Shown in pieces: positions 52,761-64,000 of a stretch of DNA of 64,000 bases. The first letter of the stretch is position 1. Each line of letters begins with the position of its first letter. The stretch is from Octopus sinensis (taxonomy: Eukaryota). The stretch is from contig NC_043000.1 of assembly GCF_006345805.1 (NCBI RefSeq), forward strand, positions 46,314,001 to 46,378,000. The letters are read 5' to 3'. Below the pieces are notes generated by a model, which did no database searches, was not told the DNA's origin, and saw nothing but the letters and a program-made list of their open reading frames with translations. Position numbers and translations under genes: made by a program.

Positions 52761-53330
52761 GTGTGTGTATGTGTGTGTGTTTTTGTGTCTGTGTTTGTCC
52801 TCTATCACCATCACTTGACAACTGATGTTCATGTGTTTACACCCCCATAAAAGAGACCAATAGAATAAGTACTAGGCTTACAAAGAATAAGTCCTGAGTG
52901 ATTTCTTTGACTAAAAAATACTCTTTAAGGCTGTGCTCCAGCATGGCTACAGTCAAATGACTAAAACAAGTAAAATAATAAAAGTATATATATGTAAGCA
53001 CACATGCACACATGAGACTGTGTCTTGTGTCTACATGATATGAATAATGAATCTGGTATCTATCTGATATAAAATTGATATAAAGGTATTTAACTTACAA
53101 TGACACCTATGTGCAACTCTTCATATCTTCAGCTAATGTTGATTGGGACAAGTGTACAGGAAGCCTAATTTTCAGTTAGCAATTGATTCACAAAGAACTA
53201 TATATAAAGTGACTAGAATGAACAAGGTAAACCAAACAACTGCACCTACCGATATAAAGGTGTGAATCTATGCCTGCATACATGTATTTACTTATATGTG
53301 TGCATGTGTGTGTGTATGTATATATATATA

Positions 53331-53543
53331 TAGTTAATCCAAACAAGAAAACACAAAAAAACACAACAACACGAGGACGTGGAACAAACATAGTATTATT
53401 GGATGCACGGGAAAGAAGGAAAGAAGGAGGGTTTAACGTTTTGAGCGGAGCTCTTCGTCAGAAATATAGGAGAAGGAAAGATCCAGAGAAGGGAAGACAG
53501 AGGAAAAAAATCGCCAACGGTACACACGAGGTCACATTTTGAT
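53331..53543 (-). mobile_element. Penelope-like pLTR fragment in (TA)n
   Basis: Homologous to 61940-62133. Carries a hammerhead-like motif. Confidence 0.6.
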
Positions 53544-53559
53544 ATATATATATATATAT

Positions 53560-53897
53560 AGGTAGAGAGACTCCAAAAGTAGTCTCAGGGAGTAGCTTCC
53601 CTTTCTTCCTGAGCTAGTTTTCCATCACATTTCTAAAAAATTAATGGTAGAGGCCTTGGTCTCAGGACCACTCATGTCTAGAAACTGAGGTTGGTGGTAA
53701 GCAAGGGCATGCTCCACATAGAAAATCCAGCTCCAAAAAAGCCTCACAATAGCAAAAGAGAATGGGCACCAGACAGCCAGCCTAAAGTTTGGGTGGGCTT
53801 CACCTGCCTACCTCGGTTGGTATGGCATTGAAATAGATCCAGCCACCCCCGTTAACAGGGACAAAACACGGATTTAAAACATTGGATGATGATGATA
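53560..53897 (+). mobile_element. RTE-derived non-autonomous element
   Basis: ggtaagcaagggcatgctcc..agaaaa (RTE UTR-like) and a (GAT)n tail. Confidence 0.5.
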
Positions 53898-53948
53898 TAT
53901 ATATATGTATATATGTATATATGTGTATATATATATATGTGTGTGTGT

Positions 53949-54262
53949 GTGAAGGTGCATGGCTCAGTGGTTGGAGCATCGAGCTTACGATTGTGAGGTT
54001 GTGAGTTCGATTCCCGAACTGGGCTGCATGTTATGTTCTTGAGCAAGACACTTTATTTCACGTTGCTCCAGTTAACTCAGCTGTAGGAATAAGTTACGAC
54101 ATCACTGGTGCTAGCTGTATTGGCCTTTGCCTTTCCCTTGGATAACATCAGTGGTGTGAAGAGGGGAGGCTGGTATGCATGGCTGATCAAAGCCTTGTGA
54201 GTGGATTTGGTAGATGGAAACTGAAGGAAGCCCGTTGTATATATGTGTATATATATATATAT

Positions 54263-54305
<43 letters not shown>

Positions 54306-54523
54306 GTATGTGTATGTGTGTGTATGTTTGTGTGTCTGTGTTTGTCCCCCCAACATCACGGTGGTGTGTTTACATCCTCATTACTTAGCAGTTCAGCAAA
54401 AGAGACTGATAGAATAAGTACTAGGCAAACAAAGAATAAGTCCTGGTGTTGATTTGCTCGACTAAAGGTGGTCTCCAGTAGGGCCACAATCAAATGACTG
54501 AAACAAATAAAAGTGTAAAAGAG
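53949..54523 (+). mobile_element. Chimera of SINE D (53949-54180) fused to a SINE A body (54181-54523)
   Basis: Junction ggctggtatgcat|ggctgatcaaagccttgtgagtgg. Confidence 0.75.
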
Positions 54524-54814
54524 TATATATATATATATAGACATCCACACACACATGTATACATAGACCACACACACACATATATATATATATATACACA
54601 TACACACACATATGTAGAAATGTATATATATTTATGTACATTAATATGTATATGTGAATGTTTGTATATTAGTATATCAGCAATAAGCTACCAACTTATC
54701 AAAGAAAATTTCAGACGCTAATGGAACTGTCCAAAGACAGTCCAATTTACTGTATAGCACGAAATGGAAATAAAGAAAACACATTCACATGAATCTGTGT
54801 ATGCATGTGTGTAT

Positions 54815-54891
<77 letters not shown>

Positions 54892-55104
54892 TGTGTGTGT
54901 GTGCATTGTTGAATAAAAGAAGGAAAATTAAATGAAGCAATCTTTTCAATCCCTATCCACCTTGTAAAATACTAACTGAAGTTTTATAACTGGAAAAAAA
55001 TAAATAAGAAAGGGGAAAAGAATAAGAAAGCATGCAAGTGGAAAGAAAGGAAAAGTACTGTTGGATTTGTAAAGATGAAAGTATGAAATAAAATGTATAA
55101 AACA

Positions 55105-56212
<1,108 letters not shown>

Positions 56213-56524
56213 CATGAAAAAGATAGAAAAAAGTGAGAGTAAGAGGAAACAAAAAAAAAAAGAAAAGCATGATGTGTGAGACGAAAGAGTGCTCTAGTTG
56301 AATAAATTGTGTAATATAAGTTTATCTGATTGCTTTTTATGATAACTCTCATCCGGATTTTATTTTTAGGAAACTTTCAGACATAAAGTCTGGAAGATTC
56401 CACTTACTCACTGACACTCTGACTATGGGTTATAAACATGAGCATAAAAATTTATTTCATCCCTTCATTCTGCCTTTTTTTCATTGTCATGCAGTCTCTA
56501 AACATACATTTCAATACCAGCAAT

Positions 56525-56962
56525 GTGTATACATACATATATACATTCATACATACATACATACATACATACATACATACATACATACATACATACACAC
56601 ATACATACATACATACATACATACATACATACATGGATACATACAAACTTACATATACATGGATGCAAGTATATGTGTGCATGTGTATGTGTGTGTGTGT
56701 ATATATATATACATATATATATACACACACACATATATATATACACACATAGATGTATATATATATATATATATATCTATATATACACACACATAAATTT
56801 ATTTAAATATATACATATATATATATATCTACATACATATATGTATATATATAAATATATATATATAAACATGGATGTTTATATTTATGTATATGTATAT
56901 GCACGTGCACATGTGTGTATGTGTATGTATGCATGCACGTGTGTATATATTTATATACACAC

Positions 56963-57008
<46 letters not shown>

Positions 57009-57090
57009 TGATATATATGCAGATACATGATGCATAAATACACTCCTATACATAAGTACATGCAAAGTCATGTATGCATATATGTGTTTA
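56525..57090. repeat. (TACA)n/(TA)n/(TG)n microsatellite tract
   Basis: Directly visible. Confidence 0.95.
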
Positions 57091-57949
57091 TACTGTTAAG
57101 TAAAGTCAATACTTACATATTTAACATGAAAAAAACAAAACAAAAATCAATATATCAACTATTCCTTTGATAATTTGTATATGCTTTAGTGTTTCATATA
57201 TCAACCTTCAAAATCAGCAATACACTACAAACGATAATAGCAATAATTGCAATATAATAAGAATAATAATAACAATAAATAATATATAAATATAAAACTA
57301 GTCAAATGACATGAAATGCATTGAGGCGACTACTTGTTAAGGCTATCATGTAATATAATTTTCAGAAATCAAATAGAACAGTGTTCAGTGCATAGACTGT
57401 GTATAATGCCAGTTTATTCAATGACAACGATGACGACGATGATGATGATGGTGATGATGGTGATGATGGTGATGATTGATCCAAAATGAGATCTTGTTAA
57501 TGTTCTCACTACCTTGCCTAACAATTTTATCTTTTTACTGTCGATAAATATTTGTTTAAAATAAACAAATTCTTATGTTTTCTGTTGGATAATTTGTTTC
57601 ACCTTTGCCCTACTGATAGAATGACAAAAAGAAAAAAAAATAATTACAAAGGATAGCATGTGATATATTAGTCATTCAGTCTCATAAGGTTGTTTTTCTT
57701 GGGGATAACACTTTTATCCAAATTTGATATGAATGAGCTGCAGTTTAATGACTGAGGATAGAGAAGATCTCAACAGCAGTTGGGGAAGAAAGGTGTGCCT
57801 ATAAATGATGCTTATCTAGTAGTCTTCTACTTCTCTGTATATCAGACGACAACACCCAGAATTATAGTCCAAGTGAAAAGATTATTCAAGCTCCAGTTAT
57901 GAAGAGGAAACTGGCAGTACTGGTATTATCAAGCCATTTTTTAATTTAC

Positions 57950-58545
57950 CTGGCTACTTAAGTCCTTTGCCCCCTTTGGAGCATAAGCTATCGATGACTT
58001 TTTCTCCAGAGTTTGCTTTTAAATTGTCATCATTACTTCTGTGACTTAGCTTTTTTTCAAGACTGGGATAAATATCTTACACCAGTGGTCCCTAAACTTT
58101 TTCAGGCTGCAACCCCCATGATACCCAGGCCACATTCCTAGTATCTCTTACCCCCACTCACCACCACAAACGGTGACCACATTTTGCAGTAAATTCAAAA
58201 CAACTGCATTTCGCAGATAAAATTTACCCTAGTTAAACAATTGTTTGGAGTTATTTTTACATCCATTGACCCCTTTTGGCCTCACCCCCATTACCACCCC
58301 ACTTATCTTTAATGCACTCTCGGATTTTTCCACTATCCCCAGAAGAGCATTATCACTCACTGTGGGAACTACTGACCTACACAAACCCATTTTTGTCTTT
58401 CTGAGAAGAGGTAGTTCATATTAGTTTGGCCTTTATTCTTTGACCTGTTCAGGATGGGAAGCCCTGTTAGGAGGCTGCACTCCACTGGCATAGCTCTCAG
58501 GGTCAGTGAGGTACACCAATCATCACATCACTAAAAGGACTGGAC
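57950..58545 (-). mobile_element. Old RTE-derived element (UTR-like sequence) hosting a hAT MITE
   Basis: ctttgacctgttcaggatgggaagccctg..ggcatagctctcagggtca and gcccctttggagcataag resemble reverse-complemented RTE 5' and 3' UTRs (from recall). Confidence 0.5.
58083..58374. mobile_element. hAT (Charlie-like) MITE
   Basis: TIRs cagtggtccc / gggaactactg. 8-bp flanks tcttacac / acctacac (6/8 identical). Confidence 0.7.
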
Positions 58546-59099
58546 CTCATTTTAATAACGCATCACCATCTTTAGAATTTAACTTGTTCATATATTATTG
58601 ATTTCAAGAAAGGTAAAAGGCAGTTAACTCTCAACAGAAAATAAAGGGATATATCTAAATACTGTTACATATTTTGTCTAATTTTAAATAGTTACAAACA
58701 AAATTATTTGATACTAAATAGAACAAAAAGAGAACAAAATAACATAATTTTAATTAATGTTGTTGATGTTTAGCACCAACAGAGACCTGAGTGAGCAGAT
58801 CCTTGTGTTTAGAGATTTTCATCATTTATTCAGATATAACACTACATCAGCCAATGTGTTCTCTGTTTGCTTATGAATGCATGGTGTCGTTTGAAGGAGA
58901 TTTGACCGTTATTTCTAGCAGGTCAAAAGATAATGTAGTAGATCCCTCTTTGTCTTGTATAAGTGCATATAATTGATGCAGATGAAATTATCCCAATTAG
59001 AACAATATCATTATTTCACATTCGTTGATGATTAGCCTAAAGCAAAACATTAATGAACCTTCGTAAAATTATTCATAGGAATTAGAAATCATACATTCA

Positions 59100-59345
59100 G
59101 GAGCAACTGTGTCATGTATAACTTTTGGTAGTTCTGACCAAAGTGGAAGAAGCATGAAGAAGAGAAGGAAGACCAAAGATTTTGGAAGAAGTGGTGAAGG
59201 CAAATTTCAGAATGTTGAATCTCACAAAGGTGACAGCAAAGGGCTTGAAGAAGTGAGGAGTAGCTATATTGAAGTAAACTTATACAATCTTTAACAAGAG
59301 CATCACATGAAGATGACAAGGAGGAAGAGGACGACGATGACATTG
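59100..59345 (+). mobile_element. Old RTE 3' fragment
   Basis: EGRPK...EEVVKANFRMLNLT, followed by a GAT/GAC-rich tail. Confidence 0.55.
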
Positions 59346-60085
59346 AGGATAAGGATAATTGCATGAGATGGTGTTAGTGATGATAAGAATAAGGAGAAGA
59401 AATGATATTAGCAATGATGATGATGATGACAACAAAGTGGATTATTATCAGTATTGTAACATAAACTTACACAACCCACTTTTCCAGAAATTAATCCTTG
59501 GAGAAATATTTCCTGACCAATTTAAGTGGTGATAAAGGTGTCACAGACAATTAAAGCACAGTCATATATTACACAGTTCCTATCAAAGATTCATTGTCTT
59601 GTATCTATCCTTTACCATCAATGTAAAAGGAAGGGGAAGACAGTATAATAATTGAAGAGTTCCTTGTTGGCTTGCAAAATTAAGCAGAAGCCATCTTTTA
59701 TATCTTGGAGCAGGTAAGGCAAAAACCACACCAATGTTTTGTCTCTTCTCTGAGCTTTTTAAACTCAAAAGAACCATCAAAGTGCAGTTTTACTGATATA
59801 TCTTTAAGAATATAAGTGCTAGAAACCTCAACAAGTAGAAACTGCAAAATTATGAACAAGCAAGTTTGTTAAAGGTTTTCAGTTAGCCAATCACTAGGTC
59901 ACTGTATTCACTATGGATGAAAGAGATACAGGATTGATTGGGCCTACTTTGTAGAGTAAATACCACAATATATTTTCATTCACAGCACCAAATTGTGGGT
60001 GATTTTATTGATATACATACATACATACATACATACATACATACATACATACATACATTCATACATACATACATACATACATACA

Positions 60086-60116
<31 letters not shown>

Positions 60117-60117
60117 T

Positions 60118-60290
60118 GGCCATGTGCAGGAGCATGTGTGACAGTGTGATAAGAAGCTTGGTTCCTAACTACATGGTTCCATGTTTAGTCCCACTGTGTG
60201 GCACCTTATGCAAGTGCCTTCTGCTATAGCCTCAGGCTGACTATAGTCTTGTGAGTGGATTTGATAGAAAAACTGAAAGAAGCCTGTCAT
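60118..60290 (+). mobile_element. SINE family A 5' half
   Basis: aagaagcttggttcctaactacatggttccatgtttagtcccactg... Confidence 0.8.
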
Positions 60291-60444
60291 ATATATATAT
60301 AAATATGTATGTATGTATGCATGTATGTATTTATGTATTTATGTATGTATGTATGTGTAATGGATAAATAAAGAAATGGAGTTAAACGCAGGTGTTATTC
60401 AAATCTTTATACTTCCAACATTCATTGAAAAAATACACATACAT

Positions 60445-60513
<69 letters not shown>

Positions 60514-60594
60514 ACAAAGTTGAGTTGTGGGGTATCGCACAAGTGGAATTATATACGAAAGAAGGTTTGAAAATGCAATTTAAAAGATGTTTAT

Positions 60595-60639
60595 TTACTT
60601 AACCGGTTTCACTCTTTGGAAAAAGATTGTCAAAAGTAA
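60595..60639 (-). ncRNA. Variant minimal hammerhead-like motif
   Basis: ttactt-TTGACAA-tctttttccaaagagt-GAAA-ccggt-t-aagtaa. Perfect 6-bp stem I and palindromic stem III, but the core differs from CUGANGA at two positions. Confidence 0.4.
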
Positions 60640-61029
60640 CATATGGAAGTTTGGTTGCGTTAATTATTGGTTGTTGCAAATTGCCACATTACATGTATAT
60701 ATACAGTCTTTGGTAACAGGGACATGTTAAGGACATAAAAAAGTACAACAGTATGATGAGAATATTTGAAAAAATGGGCAGAAAAGATTAAAACAAATAT
60801 ATTATACATCTCAGGGTAATTTCCAGGAGGAAATATCAAAAAGAGTTCAGTACAGAATATTATGAATTCAAAAAAATTTTACATTAAGATTTATATTAAT
60901 GTAGTGGCGAGATTGTTTACTGACCTGTCCATTTTAGCAGAAACGTGGAATTGAAAAAGACGTACCCGTTTTTTTCTTTTTTGGGGTCTCCTTCAAGCAT
61001 CAATGATTTTGGGGTTAGGATGAGGTGAA

Positions 61030-61878
61030 TATGTGTGTCTCTGCGTGTATGTGTGCGTGCATACATATACATGTGGTGTGAATAGATGTGTCTGTGTGTC
61101 AGTAGTATCTGGTCAGATGGCGTCTGTTTGTCAAGTGTGTGTGGTTGTCATAGTGTTGTGTGTGCGTGTGTGTGCGCGCGCGTGTGTATGTGCATGCGTG
61201 TTTACGCATGCATGAGTGTGGATGGCATTTGGCATGGTGCTGCGTGTGTATATATGTGCCTGCATGGAGGTGAGATTGGTGTGAGTGTGTGTGTCCCTGT
61301 GTGCGTGCACATACGCGTATACAAGCATCTGCGTGTGTGTGGGGGCTGTTTTTGATTGGTTCCAGGGTGGCGAAAATAGATGTGTGTTGTTTAAAGAATT
61401 TTTTGGAGTAGGATGGTGTGTGTATATATGCATGCACGTGCACGCCCACGCGTGTGTGCGGGCCATACACACACACTACATATACATATACACACACACA
61501 CACACACATCACACACACACACACCACACACACATATCCCCCCCCACACACACATAATATGCACACACACAACACACACACACACACAAGCACACATACA
61601 TACAGAACACACACACACACAATGCACATACATATAATACACACACACAACACACAAATATAACATATATTTATATTTAATATACATACATATAACACAC
61701 ACACACAACACACACACAACACACACACACACACACACACACAACACACGCACACATACATACATAATATAAATACAACACAAATACACCTAACACATAT
61801 ATAATAGACATACACAATATATACATATAACATACATACACAATACATACATATAATATATATATATAGACAATGCAT

Positions 61879-61940
<62 letters not shown>
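61030..61940. repeat. Degenerate (TG)n then (CA)n/(TA)n low-complexity tract
   Basis: Directly visible. Strand polarity switches near 61460. Confidence 0.9.
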
Positions 61941-61941
<1 letters not shown>

Positions 61942-62133
61942 AGTTAATCCAAACATGAACAAAGAGAAAACACAACAATGCAAGGATGTGGAACAAGTAT
62001 AGTGCTATTGGATGCTCAGGAAAGGAAAGAAAGAAGTAGGATTGTAACGTTTCGAGCAGAGCTCTTCATCAGAAACATAGAAAAAGGAAAGATCCAAGGA
62101 AGGGAAGACGGAGAAAGAAAATCGCCAACGATA
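61940..62133 (-). mobile_element. Penelope-like pLTR fragment
   Basis: Homologous to 53331-53543. Confidence 0.6.
62042..62076 (-). ncRNA. Minimal type I hammerhead ribozyme-like motif
   Basis: gttt-CTGATGA-a-gagc-tct-gctc-GAAA-cgt-t. Core intact, stem II present, palindromic ACGT stem III. Stem I is weak in this copy. Confidence 0.55.
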
Positions 62134-62542
62134 CAGGAGTAGCTGTGTGGTAAGTAGCTTGCTTACCAACCACATGGTTCCGGGTTCATCCCCACAATGT
62201 GGCACCTTGGGCAAGTGTCTTCTACTATAGCCTCGGGCCGACCAAAGCCTTGTGAGTGGATTTGGTAGATGGAAACTGAAAGAAGCCTGTCGTATATATG
62301 TATATATATGCGTGTGTGTGTTTGTGTGTCTGTGTTTGTCCCCCTAGCATTGCTTGACAACCAATGCTGGTGTGTTTATGTCCCCGTTACTTTGCGGTTC
62401 GGCAAAAGAGACCGATAGAAAAAGTACTGGGCTTACAAAAGAATAAGTCCTGGGGTTGAGTTGCTCGATTAAAGGTGGTGCTCCAGCATGGCCGCAGTCA
62501 AATGACTGAAACAAATAAAAGAGTAAAAGAGTAAAAGAGTAA
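62134..62542 (+). mobile_element. Full-length, little-diverged SINE family A
   Basis: Box A/B head, internal microsatellite and (GTAAAAGA)n tail. Confidence 0.9.
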
Positions 62543-62591
62543 ATGAGCAATAATAAATCTCTGAATGAGGTATAAACAGTAGCTCCACGAC

Positions 62592-62773
62592 AATGTGAAG
62601 TATATCTGCCACTTAAATGTGGCTAACCACTAAGGGTGGATGCTACTGTAGCTTGTAGCCCCAAGAAGTGTGTCAATAGCCAGCTGGAAAAGATGTTCTC
62701 CTAGGACTACAAGCTACAGTAGCATCCACCCTTAGTGGTTAACTACATTTAAGTGGCAAATATACTTCACATT
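62592..62773. mobile_element. Fold-back MITE, ~70-bp arms
   Basis: aatgtgaagtatatctgccacttaaatgtggctaaccactaagggtggatgctactgtagcttgtag pairs with its reverse complement at about 62707-62773. Confidence 0.85.
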
Positions 62774-63404
62774 TAAATAAATGTTATTCTTTAAATTGGC
62801 ATATTCCATTATTCCAAATTGTCTTTTCTACTTTCTTTAGATATTATTCCAAGTTGTGTTGTATTTAAAAAATGAAGGATGATTATCCATTTATTGTAAA
62901 GTATTTGGAAATTACTGGTGGAAGTTATGATGCAATCAAAATTATTAAATAATCAGTTTCTATTTAAGGATATTCATTGTAGAAATATTGACAATCTTGA
63001 TAATAAAATATTGGTCTCACTCATCATAGTTTCTATAATTAATTGTCACATATCACAACGGATCAATTAAACTATAATTTGATCTCCAGTATCCATCAGA
63101 GAATTTTGTTTCACAGTTTTAAAAATGTCAGTTGTCAGGAGAAAGGTCGGGGTGGCACATTTTAGTCTACTGTATAAGCCTGTATAGGGCCTAGTGGGTA
63201 TGGTGGAGAATTGTAGCAAGCTCAAAGCCTGCCCCAGACAGCCAACACTGAAGATTATAATCAGGTTTCTCAGAAAATTATATTGAGCTTTTTATGTAAC
63301 TACCTTCATATCCATCTTACTGTTTAAAGCAGACATTAAGAAGAAGAAGAAGAATTGTTTCCTGCTGTCAATGAAATAAATTGCAGTGACTACATTAATA
63401 TCAG

Positions 63405-63640
63405 TCTCTTTTATTTTTTTACTTGTTTTAGTCATTAGACTGTGGCCATGCTGGGGCACCACCTTGACGAACTTTTAGTTGAATGAATTGACCCTAGTAC
63501 TTCTTTTTTTTTTGTCTGGTACTTGTTCTATCAATCTCTTTTGCCAAAACACTAAGTTACAGGAACATAAACACATCTCACCAGTTGTCAAGCAGTGGTA
63601 GGGCAACAAACACATATACAAAGACACACACACACATAGA
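63405..63640 (-). mobile_element. SINE family A 3' half
   Basis: Reverse complement of the family A tail. Confidence 0.75.
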
Positions 63641-63650
63641 TACATATGTT

Positions 63651-63695
<45 letters not shown>

Positions 63696-63699
<4 letters not shown>

Positions 63700-63920
63700 C
63701 GAGCTGGCAGAATCGTCAGCACGCCGGGCGAAATGCGTAGCCGTATTTCATCTGCCATTACGCTCTGAGTTCAAATTCCGCCGAGGTCGACTTTGCCTTT
63801 CATCCTCTCGGGGTCGATAAATAAAGTACCAGCTTCGCACTGGGGTCGATGTAATCGACTTAATCCCTTTGTCTGCCCTTGTTTGTCCCCTCTATGTTTA
63901 GCCCCTTGAGGGCAGTAAAG

Positions 63921-63923
<3 letters not shown>
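63696..63923 (+). mobile_element. Little-diverged SINE family B in (TA)n
   Basis: ggcgagctggcagaatcg (box A), gagttcaaattcc (box B), ...ctggggtcgatgtaatcgact. Confidence 0.9.
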
Positions 63924-63962
<39 letters not shown>

Positions 63963-64000
63963 GTATTAGGTTGTTTCACATAAAAGGCCATATTTCAAAG

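Larger units (their letters stand above)
49650..52985 (+). mobile_element. SINE family A host, split by two nested insertions
   Basis: Head 49650-49686, continuation 51826-51990, 3' half about 52640-52985. Confidence 0.8.

Noticed and set aside
61099-61983. 294-aa Cys/Val-rich ORF and similar YI/CV ORFs across the window
   Set aside because: Dinucleotide microsatellite artefacts.

Overview
AT-rich eukaryotic (animal) genomic DNA, most likely an octopus or another coleoid cephalopod. That assignment is my inference from the tRNA-derived SINE families, RTE 3' ends and dense TA/TACA/GATA microsatellites. The window is intronic or intergenic and contains no intact multi-domain gene. Most entries in the ORF track are microsatellite or SINE artefacts. 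It is a mosaic of nested mobile elements: four or more SINE families, RTE, CR1 and R4/Dong LINE remnants, Tc1/mariner remnants (mariner MITE, DD37D, DD41D), hAT-, TTAA- and fold-back MITEs, a Helentron-like element, and Penelope-like fragments carrying minimal hammerhead motifs. The most notable items are: (1) a 2.1-kb ORF1-only L1/Tx1-like retroelement inserted with a 15-bp TSD into a SINE tRNA head, with a stem-loop array in its 3' UTR; (2) a 184-bp-arm near-perfect palindrome plus several smaller fold-back inversions; (3) hammerhead-like motifs; (4) a speculative chain of minus-strand micro-exons that splice into a reading frame ending in KDDL-stop. Repeat boundaries were read by eye and are approximate to about 10-20 bp.
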